Source of the DNA: Bugula neritina
Lineage: Eukaryota > Animalia > Bryozoa
Assembly: GCA_964035545.1 (NCBI GenBank)
Contig: OZ037768.1
Span: 12,060,741-12,124,740 of the forward strand
Direction: 5' to 3'
Length of the DNA stretch: 64,000 nt
This document shows, piece after piece, positions 26,808 through 55,829 of this stretch. The notes under the pieces are model-generated. The model was not told the DNA's origin. It saw only the letters and a program-made list of their open reading frames with translations, and made no database searches. Both the position numbers and the translations under genes were made by a program. Position 1 is the first letter of the stretch. Every line of letters begins with the position of its first letter.

Positions 26808-27359
26808 TGTCACAAATTCTGAGTGTACATATACCTATAAATAGACTTACCGGGTTTTTCCTAATGATTATACAGGAATGTTCATAAATATTCTAGACTA
26901 ATCAAAGAGATGGGTCATTGTTCATTGTTACTGTTTTGGTTAGTCATGTTAACTACTGCCCAGCAATGTAAACAAGGTATTGCGCAATAATTGCGAAATA
27001 ACCATGGAAATTCCAATGTTTTGTTTTGTTTTGATTTTCTATAAATAGTATTGGCATGTGGAGAATGTTTTCTACTAGAATCTTCTATACTGGAATGCTT
27101 GAGAATGTTCTAGAGTGTTTTGTTTACTATAAATACTGAGGCAGTTGTGTTTACGAATGAGTTCCTTTTTATAAGTTCATTCTCACAGTTCATTTTTATT
27201 AATTCATCTGTGCATATCTTACTAAAGGAATAAAGTCTACTTATATCCACAACTCTATTTACTCTCAACTGGATTAGCAAGCTGTATGCTACTTGTCTAT
27301 ACACTTCTGACTACCAGACTTTTCGAACTCGTCACACTGCTACCAACTGTTTTGTGACA
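26808..27359 (+). mobile_element. Solo LTR (552 bp) of an LTR retrotransposon
   Basis: Begins TGTCACAAA and ends TTTGTGACA (TG...CA with a 9-bp terminal inverted repeat), flanked by the 5-bp direct repeat ACAAT (26803-26807, 27360-27364). Internal TATAAATA near 27128 and AATAAA at 27229 lie in U3-R order on the + strand. Confidence 0.85.
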
Positions 27360-27936
27360 ACAATATTTGAATAGTTTGCTTGCTAAAACAAATCCTAAAT
27401 AACTTGAAGCATGTAAAGCAATATATTTTTGTTTTAATGAGTCTATTCTGTTTATATATTAATATTAGCAAATACTAGTATTTTTGATAAAAAAAGTTTA
27501 GCATTTTTTAAAACATTAACATGCTTATCAGAAACTAGGTAGCTAAAGTCTTACAAAACATATGATCAATAAAACTAATATATTCTGCACTGCAGCATTA
27601 TAAAATTTCAAATGAATTTGCTAACTCTTTGGAGTTCAAAATTAGTCACACAAATTATCTCCTAAATCTACTCAGCAAAATGCTGCTAATTTTAGAAATT
27701 AAAATATCATGTGTAAAATACACACCTAATATGACTTAGAATGATGGTAGGCCTGGTGATATGAGCTAGGAGTAGGGTTAAACTTCTGCAACGGCTGTTG
27801 GAGTGAATTAGTGCATCAAAAAGTTTTCTATGTTTAGAGTTTTTTGAGGTTGAAGCTAAAATTGTTCAGATTTATTAAACGATGATGCTTTATAAACAGT
27901 ATTTTTTAAATTAAACAAATACTGGTAATATTGTAG

Positions 27937-30900
27937 GTGGTCTTACACAATATTCAGGATGAATTTTCTATCAAGTAAATTTCCAAGAATTTATGCTGTC
28001 CTAAATCAAATGAAAGTGGGTATGTTTCTAAAACATAAGTTTCCTAAAGAATCTTATCACTTACCATTTGTTCAGCTACTAATATATCAAACTTGTAAGT
28101 TTTTTAAAAGAACTATTTTTATAGGCTAATATTCAACTTGTCTAATATGGTTTTTAATACTAATCAGTTCCAATATGTATTACAACTACCAACCATGTTT
28201 TCAGATGATGGGCAAGTTGAAAACTGAGATGCATATATCTAGCAATTATTATGAAAGTTAGTCAGTTTCTAGCTGCAGTATCTACTCTCTATCTTTAATG
28301 AATTGTATATTATTCTAGTTGCAATTTGCAGTAAGTAGTTGGTGGTCTTCAAATGGACAGTTGCGTTAGATCACTGATACAAATTAAAGGAGCTGCAAGC
28401 ATTGCAGTGTTGGTTTGCAGCAGCTGCTGTGGAAATAACATTGAGTAAACCAAAGCGAGAGTTAACTCAATCTCTCTTTGATTTTTGGTATTTAGTTTTC
28501 ACTGCTATATATTTTGTTTTGCCAGACAGTCTTGCTAAAGTTGTTGCATATAGTAACATAGCCATGGTGTTAATAGTTGAATTCAAGTTGATATTTCAGT
28601 AACATGTTTACTATTGATTTGAAATCCATCTTATTCCGTGTTTCTAGGGTCTATACGATTAGTGAAAGATGCAAAAATACGCTACACTTTGAAGTTGGAG
28701 AAAGGAAAGATATACACGCCCACACAACTGGTTACTCACAAAGAGGTCTGCAAATATAGTTGAAAGCTGTTTCTGTTTTTGTACTGTAGATATTATATTT
28801 TAAATGCTTTATAAATTTAAATAATTTGGGTTTGAATATTTTAGTTTGGTGCCGATGTTAGAAAATGTTTGCCTGTGTTTGTTATCTTTTGGATACCTGT
28901 AATTGGCATGTGGATATCATTACCAATGGCGTAAGTAGAAGCACTTTTTCTTATATATACTATTTTACAAATATTTCAATAATTATACAATGTTGAGTGT
29001 ATGGTGAATAAAATATATGTATGCATTGTGCAAAAGGTGTATAGCTGATTGATCAAATTTCCAGTCTTTCTCCTCATTCACACTTGCCGTATCATACGCC
29101 GTAATGTAAAATATCAGCCATTTTTAATGTGTCCGGGCTGAAGTTTTCAAAGTCCTCTATTAGGTACGATATATGACACTTCATTGGACAATTATATTCA
29201 TTGAGTTGACGCAAAAGTTTTTCTGTCCAATAGAAACTCGACGCAACTTGTTTGAATCAAGCAGTGCTTGTTCCTAACGTATCGCAACGTCGTACAGGAA
29301 GCTTGGACATTTGTAAAAATGGCTGATATTTTACGTTACGGCGTACGATATGGCAAAGTGTGAATGAGGGGTATAAGTGAAAAGTTTTTTTCTGTTGGCA
29401 GGTTGTTATTTCCACATCAGACTCTGAGTCGACAGTTTTGGACAGACAAACAACGGACATTAGCTTTAAATCGTGTACTGGAACACCGAGCAAAATTATT
29501 CCCTTCACTTTCGCTCAACGTCATGAAAGCAATAGAACACTCCCAGGCAGATAGCAAACTGTCTCAGTTATCTTGTGACATCTTGGAGAAGGTAGTAATC
29601 TTAAAGTATAGTTAAAATGAATCGATTTAATGATGTTTACTAATAACTTTTTCAGACTGCTCAAGAAATACTAAAGTTTGTGTTTTTCAATTGATTCAAG
29701 TTCTTAGGTTGATGATAAACATGAACTCTTCAGAAATAGTACTGCTGTTTCTATGCCTAAACTTATATGCTCTTTGATAATATTATTTTTTGCTGGAACT
29801 TTAAATTAAAAAGTGGAAACTGAGTCATTAATGTATTCAATTTAATTGATATGACTCCAACAGTTTAAATGGTTGGCATCATTACATCTATGCTGTTAAG
29901 AGACACAAATTTTATTTTTAATGTAATGAAATCAAGAGTTTAAACTATAGTAATGCTTTGATCAGCAGAAAATAATTTTTCTCCAAACAATAATATTTAA
30001 AACTCAAGACTTGACAATTTATTGCTTTCTAATTACATATGTTATGAGATTAGTTTATTTAAAATAATTTTTTTAACATTCTTGTTTTTAAAGAGACTAT
30101 TAGATAATAAAATTTAGGGAGCAGCCGTGGTCTAGGGGTTAGAGCAATTGTTTCGTAAGTACGAAGTCATGGGTTCGAGCCCAACAAAGGTCATTGGTGA
30201 TGTTAGGAAGAGCATCCAGTCATAATTGCCCTGTGCCTCATCTGAATAAGTCCTTAGCTCGATTTAACAAAAAATCTCTTTCCATCAGAGCAATAAATAT
30301 AGATAATAAAATTTAAAAACATAAAATAAAATAGATGCGTTACAAGTTTTTTTACGAATGTTTTATCTTGACAGGGATCGTTCAATACTGTCTTTTAGAT
30401 TGGTCAAGGCGATCTTCTTAAAGAAGAAGAATCCCATATTCTGAGACGAATTTTTGTTGAAGCAAAAACTTTACATCTTAAAGCACTAACATCAAATCAT
30501 CTGGTATGAGCATGATAAATCTGCACTTCTTGCAAACATCGACAACAAAATTCATTATTTGTCCAAAACCTGAAAAAAAATTCTACAATTTTTATTTCAG
30601 AAAGACCTCTCATTTTCTACCTCTTCTTATGATCTAAGAAATCATGCCATTTATATAGCCAATGTTGACAGAAGTTTAAGGCATTTTGGTATAGACGCAG
30701 AAGACATGTATATTACAGATATTGTGAGTAACACATTTATTTATTAACTTTTCTCTAGAAATTATCCTCATTTTTATGAGTGTTGCTTATAAATAAAATG
30801 GCTAAATTAATGACATTGTAGCAAATGACTTGAATAATTTACCAAGCATATTGCCTATTAATGTCTAAAAAACATGTAGTATTCAAAGTTTTGTGCAAAT

Positions 30901-31497
30901 ACAATAGCAATAATTAAGCACATTTGTCTGCTGTACTTTACAGATAGCTCATCAGCGTGGTGGCTGGTTAGATAGTACAGACCAGAAAAGGTCTCTAACT
31001 TATATCCAACAGTGGCTGGATTTTTCTAAAGGCTTCAAATCAAAAGGTGAATGTTCAAACTCTACACTCATTAACTTTGTGATTTCAAGTACAAATATTG
31101 CATCATTTCTATACCTGTAATAGGAGTTAAAAACGATTGCCATATTACAACTGATATTAAAGTAGCTTGTGACAGTAGTTTTAATCAATACATGCACAAA
31201 ACCAGCTCATCTTTAACACTGATAAGCTTAAAAATAGTTGCACAATTTTGTGTTTAATAATCCTATGAATCTTCACAATTGTTTACATGTCCAAGAAAAA
31301 CTATTATGGTTGATTGTCCTTCACCATTATAGTTGAAATGATTTTTAAAATTTAATTTGATGTGATCAAGATACTTCTCAATATTCATTTTACCAAACAT
31401 TAAAACTGCACCTTTATCTTTTGCAGAAGCTGAGTTAGGATATTTGTTGCATCTCCCACTATTCATGCGAAATAACACTTCAACGGAAACAAAATAG
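27937..31497 (+). CDS. LETMD1: LETM1 domain-containing protein 1 (mitochondrial); N-terminal exon(s) unresolved
   Basis: Exons 27937-28019, 28648-28745, 28845-28930, 29402-29591, 30399-30503, 30601-30723, 30944-31046, 31427-31497 join in frame. Motifs KFPRIYAV, FGADVRKCLPVFVIFWIP, LFPHQTLSRQFWTDKQ, AHQRG, IQQWLDFS and EAELGYLLH match LETMD1. In-frame ATG at 27959, but the start may lie in an upstream exon. AATAAA at 31545 and 31565. Confidence 0.88.
29072..29369. mobile_element. MITE / non-autonomous DNA transposon with ~55-70-bp terminal inverted repeats in a LETMD1 intron
   Basis: CCTCATTCACACTTGCCGTATCATACGCCGTAATGTAAAATATCAGCCATTTTT (29072-29125) is near-perfectly complementary to 29315-29369. 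CpG-rich relative to flanks. TSD not clearly readable. Confidence 0.8.
30117..30299 (+). mobile_element. tRNA-derived SINE, apparently full length
   Basis: tRNA-like head with A-box-like TGGTCTAGGGGTTAGAGC and B-box GGTTCGAGCCC, then core CATTGGTGATGTTAGGAAGAGCATCCAGTCATAATTGC. 16-bp target-site duplication TAGATAATAAAATTTA at 30101-30116 and 30300-30315. Confidence 0.88.
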
Positions 31498-32092
31498 ACA
31501 GAAACCACATTATTTTTTTAAATCTTTTTTGTATTTTGTGTAACAATAAATTTACAAATAATTTAATAAATTTGTTGCATTTTTTTCATACAGCAAGCAG
31601 GATAATCAGAGCAGCCAAAAAACTATATAACTGGAAAATACATAAAATTAAAACACCATCTTCATCAAAGTATTCATCAAAAAAAGATACAGAGTTTTAC
31701 TCAAAATATAAGAAAAAACTTGCATGTTATAGCATGCAACATGACCTAAGCAAAAAAGAAAACTTATATTTAGGTGTAAACATTTCTATCTATAAAATGT
31801 CATAGATAGCACCAACTGAGACGAGTTCAGAGACAGAGATTGCCAGCAACAAACATTATAAACTATATACGTCATACAAGTACATGTAAGCAATACATTA
31901 ATAACAATATTGACGGCTCACAACAATAGCATAATTGTGTGGTTGATTGCCTAATGACAAGAAAAAGAATAGAACACTAATATAGTATCTAGAAATTGCT
32001 GACCAAAAGTGTCAACAGTGACTGATAAATATAGTAATCTATACCTTGTCACAGTGTGACTTCCTGAAGAAGCGGTTCGAGGTCTTCAACAA

Positions 32093-34426
32093 CTAGATAC
32101 TAACTGCATCGGCACATAATGAAAGACTTGACTTAGAATGATCCACATCTGCACACTCAGCATGCAAGGCATGCATAACATTATGACTAGTTTGCAACTG
32201 AAAAGAAATAGGTGAGGATTTCAAGCCAGAGAAAGACAAAAGTTGTTCAGGTTGAGAAGTAACATTGCCTGACAGTAATTCATCATTATCACTACTTTGA
32301 CTAGAATTATCATCATCATTTTTCATGGGTATTAAGTTATTTGTTGTAAGCAAAGATTCATGAGAAAGAGATTGCCATTCAGGAAGTGTTTTAACATTGC
32401 TATTGTCGTGATCACTGACAGCTAGAGATTGAGCTGTATTAAAGTTAGACAATGAATACATATCCAATGAATCTGCAGTGTTTAAAATTGGGTTCAAGAG
32501 CTCGGAGATTGGCTCCAGAGCCTCACCAGTCGAGTCAAAAGAATTTTCAGCAGAAACTGATGGCAATGCAAGCTCAGCAGAGAAAGCAGAAGCGTTAGTC
32601 ACACTAATTTCGTGATTATTAGATGAAAACTGATGAGGTGAAACAAAGCACTCAAGAGAACAGGGTGCAGAATCAAAAGTATCAGTAGCAAAACTAGATG
32701 TACCAGTGGTTAAACTACAATCTAAACAACAACCAGTTTCTGTGCTGTTGAAAAAGTCGGCCTCACCTTCTACGGTATCATCATCTTTAAAGCGTATGTG
32801 TTTAGATTTCTTAACCAGCGTTTCCTCAGTTTGCGCATTCACTTTATAAGTTTGAGGATCTTGCTGCTCTTCGTCCAGCAGCCGATTCATAGTGTGCCGA
32901 TAGTGCTTGCGCACCTTTATTGGGTTGAACTCTACTCTTCCACTTGGATTGCCACAAGACTTCTTTGTACAGCCACAGGGAAAGGAGAATCTATCTACTT
33001 GACATTGTATGCCATTAATTGCACATAAACATGTTTCTGGAAGACAGGTGATAGTGCAGCTGCAGCCACATTCTTCTCGACTACCCCGCAACTCTTTACA
33101 CTCATCTTTCTCAGTAGCATCAAACTTTTTCACCCCAGACAATTTAAGTAGAGATCTTCTAAGACGAAGTGGGACTGGTTGAAGGAAGAAACCATCAGTT
33201 TCAGTGTCATCTTCCTCACTGTCCGTCTGTATAATCTCATCCTGGCTGATATCATTGATTGCTTCAATGCTGAAACTGTTTTCAGCACTTTCCTCTACAT
33301 CAGCCTTTTTCCTCCGAACCAGTTTGCGAAGTTTGCGATAATGTTTTAAAGGGTACTTTTCTTCATGAACATGTTTTTCAGACATACCTGAAAAAAAAAA
33401 CAAATTACCAAGACATAGAATTTATTAAAACTAAATTTAAACATAAATATAAGATATAGTTACTAGGCATCTGTTCCTATAAAAGTAATTACATACCTAG
33501 AGTGGTTCCACCTTGACTAGGTACACATGCAAACCCTTGCGCTCTCGGGAAATAAAACACCTCCACATTTTTGAAGTCGACAGACTTTCGTAACTTTTTT
33601 TTCGGATTTCCAGAGCAACTTCCGACTATTAAAATGTAGTAATACAAAATTCAAAAGCCGAAGCTTTAAAAAATTAACACCAGATATATTCAACATGATG
33701 CAAAAAATTAGTAACAGCATATAAATAATTTTTACATTCAAATATTTGGAAACAACAATTTATCATGAAGAGATAGAACTTAGAATGTCTAGAGCTTGGA
33801 ACAAGTGGAGACTGGCTAGGGTGCGATGTGACAAGATAATGCCTACTCAACTTAGAATATTAATTTATAATATGGCAATGAAACCAGTTCCATTGTAAGG
33901 AAATGAAACATGACTAATCACAGGACACATGACTAAAAATATTTCTTATTCTGATATGCCATTGTTATAGCGCTGCCCAGGAGTAAGCCTGGTGGACCAC
34001 AAGACAAGTGAGAATATCACAGCAGAAGCTAGGGTAATATTAATCAAGGAGCTGAAAAGAACTATGGAGTGGTATGACCATATTGGATGCTGAAAAAGCA
34101 ATGAAGACTTCAGGAGAGTGTCAAAGATAAGAATGGAAGAAATTTGACCAAAAGAAAGACCAAAGCAAAAATGGTGTGACACCATAAAGGCTGGCCTTAG
34201 ATGAATCAATCTTGTTGCTACAACTATAGACAACAGAGATAGACGAAAGAGTTTGGTAGAAATCGGAATCAAGCGGGTCAAAGGCGGTGAAAGGTGTGAT
34301 ATATAAATAAGTTTTACCGCTGTTCCCACTTTCATTGCTGTCTTCGTTAGACTCCAAACTACTATTGGTAGCTTCACAGTGATCATTTTCTTCAGGATAC
34401 ACCTCATCAATTTTTCGTTTGGGCAT
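32093..34426 (-). CDS. CSRNP: Cysteine/serine-rich nuclear protein (CSRNP/AXUD1 family), 3 coding exons, ~510 aa
   Basis: Exons 34426-34318, 33625-33497, 33387-32093 (1533 nt). Motifs [70 protein letters not shown]...[49 protein letters not shown], and an acidic Ser-rich tail. Confidence 0.96.
33968..34296 (+). mobile_element. Decayed RTE-clade LINE 3' fragment inside a CSRNP intron
   Basis: One + frame reads [38 protein letters not shown]...[17 protein letters not shown]...DNRDRRKSL, matching the RTE C-terminal pattern (GV...D...NE.IR...RW.GH...GRP..RW.D.I..DL...DR..WR.L) with three stops. Confidence 0.75.
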
Positions 34427-35599
34427 GGCCTGCCAAAAGTTTTTAAACTATTTATTTTCAGTCACAAACGAAAAGACAAATATGAAGGGAGCTGTAAATC
34501 TTTTATTATGATTATCAATGACTCATTATGAAACTTTAACCGCTAATATGACTAACATAATTCAGTTAGTGTAAAAAGAATGCAGATTAGGACACTTTAA
34601 AATTAGCTGAAGCAAAAATTTTATGCTGTTAATGCTTTACACTATAATACGCCACTAAGTTTTTACATATTCCAACTATAACACAAAAAATGCTCATATA
34701 TCAATATTCATTGTCATTGTGATTGTGAAATATAAATATAATATTAATTATAAATTATCGATATTGATGTGAAATTGAGTATTGACATATTTGAACAACA
34801 AAAATAGTACTAGTACTAATACTAATAGTAATAGCAATACTATTACTAATAATGATAATCATAATGCTTATGCTGAATTGGAAACATTAGTAATTACTAT
34901 TAGTTATCAATGATGCAAGTAACTGCAATCGGTAATGATAATAATAATTATAAAATTGCTCTTCAAATAATCATAATTTATAGTGCCTACCTAATGTCAA
35001 CTGTAAGACTAAGAGTAACTGTAAGTACCTGTAAATACTTGAAGTTAGTACTAAGCCTAAGGACTATTACAGTCATACTATTACTATTGTCTATTTCTAT
35101 TAGTATTAACCAAATCTAAATTTTAGTATTAATAACTATAAGTATAAGTTAACTATGAGTATGACTATCACTATCGACTATGACTGTTGTCCATCAGACT
35201 TAGTTAAAACATAACTTAAACTATAAGACTAAGTATTACTATTACTATTAGTATAACTATTACTATAGTCTATAACTATAAGTATAAGTAATACTCATAC
35301 TCATAGTCATACTGATAAGACTACTCATAAGACCAAGTACTACTACTAGTAGCTTACTACTATTTGTATTAGTTATTACTTATCAGTTATTACAAATGCT
35401 ACTACTAGTACTACTAGACCTAGTGTCTAGTAGTAGTACTACTACTAGACCTAGTACTAGTAGTAGTACTAGTAGTACTACTACTAGTACTACTAGTACT
35501 AGGTATACAAAAAGTTTAGTTATAATGATAAATTATTATCACTATAATTGAATCATCATATTTTATAAAAATAAAGTAATTATTATAATTTATAACATC

Positions 35600-35770
35600 A
35601 ACTGTAAGTTGAAATTCAACGGCTGACAGTTTTGATTGACCCAGCCTACTACGTCTTCCCTTTTTTATGAGATCAGAGTCATCGAGTAATAATTTTAGAG
35701 TAGGAAAAGCGTTTGGAGAGGCAACGCTATATGGAGAGACAACTCTATATACTCACGTATGCTTTCCTCT
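35600..35770. promoter_or_regulatory. Probable promoter region between CSRNP and the coiled-coil gene
   Basis: Short CpG-containing stretch between head-to-head genes. The CSRNP ATG exon begins at an acceptor (34430-34431), so a non-coding first exon must lie upstream. Confidence 0.45.
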
Positions 35771-36660
35771 TTACTCTACATATAACATGCATTTTAATGT
35801 GAATATCCTGCTCAGAATTTTTGGCAAGATAAGTTAACTTTAGTCAGACCCTAGAGTCTTCAATCACCAATTACATGCTCATTATGGTTGCAATAGATGA
35901 ATATTACATATTTACATTGTTAGTGATAATATGAATGGGAAAATGTTTAATTTTGTTAATAGGTACATAAAGTATTTAAAAAATATTTACACATGTATAC
36001 ATTTTCTGGTATGTGCATTTTTTATTTATTGTAAGTACTACCCTCTTCGAGAACAGACGAGTTTTTATTACAAAGAGGTTAAGTTTATTGTGTTAATCAA
36101 CACTGTAAACCTACCTAATTTGATTAATGGAGTGACTTTAACAATAATGAATAAACATGCAACGCATAACCATAATACTAATATTGCATTTAAATACAAA
36201 TTACTCAACAAACAACTATAAGCTTCAAAGTAAAATCAAGCCAAACATTAAATTCTCTCACCTTGATTTCCAGGGGAAAATTTAATAGCTATGTATGTAC
36301 ATGTATATCAATATTGTAATTTGTACCGAATGTTATAAGATTACATAAGTATAAAAAGTTGAATCAATAGAAATGGCGAAGACTCATCTTATTACAACTA
36401 AAGACATTCTCCAGCAGTCACCTAAAGCATCATTATTATATATTGCCTATTACTATTGTAATAATAAAACTAAAAGCTAAATAGCTGCAAGCAGATGAAT
36501 ATGAAACTGAAAAGTTTTTCGAATAAATGCATTACATTTATATTATATTATTATATGACCTCATGTATTTCAGGTCCTAATGAGAGAGTACATGCCCAGT
36601 AGATAGCTAGCTAGCTACTGGGCATGCTATAGTTAGAATATAGCATATAGTAGGGCTTAA

Positions 36661-37035
36661 TAGAGTAGGGCCCACTAGAGTAGGGCCCACTAGAGTAGGG
36701 CCCACTAGAGTAGGGCCCACTAGAGTAGGGCCCAGTAGAGTAGGGTCCAGTAGAGTAGGGTCCAGTAGAGTAGGGCCCACTAGAGTAGGGCCCAGTAGAG
36801 TAGGGTCCAGTAGAGTAGGGTCCAGTAGAGTAGGGTCCAGTAGAGTAGGGCCCAGTAGAGTAGGATCCAGTAGAGTAGGGTCCAGTAGAGTAGGGTCCAG
36901 TAGAGTAGGGCCCAGTAGAGTAGGGTCCAGTAGAGTAGGGCCCAGTAGAGTAGGATCCAGTAGAGTAGGGTCCAGTAGAGTAGGGTCCAGTAGAGTAGGG
37001 CCCAGTAGAGTAGGGCCCAGTAGAGTAGGGCCCAG
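36661..37035 (+). repeat. 15-bp minisatellite (TAGAGTAGGGYCCAS), 25 copies
   Basis: Direct reading: exact 15-bp period with variants GGGCCCAC, GGGCCCAG, GGGTCCAG and GGATCCAG. Confidence 0.97.
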
Positions 37036-37551
37036 TAAAGCAGCGCTTTCATGCTCTTATAATCACATTATGATATTATATAAACTGCACAAATCATTCA
37101 GGGTAACAATCACGCACTAATGATTTGTTATATTTAAACCCATTGTCATCACAAGAAGCCTTTGTTGTAAAGTTCTAAATTGTAGTTACTTCAGCTATAG
37201 GTGACAGCTTTCATAAAAAGATGTATGTTCTACAATTATAATTGTTTCCGGGTAAATGCTTTAAGAAAAGTTTTACTGTGAAAAATGTAAGTGATGGCAA
37301 ATTTATATTATATAATCTTTTCAGCAGTAGCAAGTCAATTCTTTTGTCTTAACAGCATGTAAAAAACTGAAAGTAGAATTCACGATCAGTTGCAATTTTT
37401 AAACATTGTGATTGTTTACCTGTTAAAAGCAATTAATGATGATTGTCTAGCAAGTTCCAGGTGCAAAACTTTGGGTCATATAAGCTGTGTATGCATAAGT
37501 TCTAGTTGGGAGTTTTATTCTATAAGCCATTCATATTTTGTTTGTTTCTAG

Positions 37552-54760
<17,209 letters not shown>

Positions 54761-55829
54761 TAAAATCAAACACACCGAGTCATGGGTTTTTCCATATTTT
54801 TATTAGTTTTTTTTCCTTCCAATCACAACGCCAAGACATACAATACAAAGATCAACTGGATGCCTACATCAAAATTCCGAAGGAGTTTTTTAAGAGGACT
54901 GTCAAAAAGATAATACAAAAACACCCACTTATTATTACAGACATGAAATATTATTTTTGACAATCACATAATTATGTATGTGTAATTACTTTTTCAACAT
55001 CCTTTATCTTAAAAGTGCCTATGAACACAAGGCATCTTTGGTAACAGAAGATAAATTTTAAAGTAAGTCTGTACACAGGAAAAAAAATATCAAGTACACA
55101 CAAAATCTGAATTGTAATTAGAAGCATAAATATGATTTTTTTGGTTATAAAAATGTTAGCTACTTGAATACTTTAGTAGGGAACGTAGTAATATCTTACA
55201 AGAGAAAAGCAACAAGGCTCACCGATATTTTAATGCATGAGAACTAAGAAAGCTGATGTCCGGCTTTTAAAAAAATATATGAAGAGCAAAACTTTTTTTT
55301 ACATTTTTAAGAATGTCAAACAAGCTAAATATATTTGGAGTATATAGAGGGGATACGTCTGACCTGTCATGCCGATCAGCAGTTAACTTTTAAAGCCAGT
55401 AATTGGCTGTCAGTATTGAAGTAAGATGCATATTAGGGCAACGTCAAAACAGTGATATTTTAGCCCGAGATACAGAGAGGCGTTGAGTTTACACTAAGGT
55501 CAGTATTCAACATGACTACATTGAGCAGCTTTTCACTAGACTATAACTCGTCTCTATTAATAGTGCCCTGATGGCACATTCATTGAGGCAATTCTCATAT
55601 ATAATGATAAATAAGTGCATAAGAATTAATATATACAAAATTTTGAAAATACCAACACTTGGTCAAGCGCTGGAAACCAACCTAAACATTTTAGCAACAT
55701 TAGTAGTACCAGTAGATCCTTTTTGCATGAAAGTAGTGTTAAATTAAATAGAGATTATGTCAAAGTGTCAAGACTGTTCCTTCCATAGTAAACATAAAAG
55801 GTTGATGCATAGACAAGAAACACTATTTA

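Noticed and set aside
30117-30190. tRNA genes at 30117 and 15190-15272
   Set aside because: No intact cloverleaf or acceptor stem; each is followed by the SINE core, and one is bounded by a TSD.
36661-37052. ORF 36780-37052 with (WALLY/WTLLY)n, and the array as a possible CRISPR
   Set aside because: It is the translation of a 15-bp minisatellite; there are no unique spacers or cas genes, and the context is eukaryotic.
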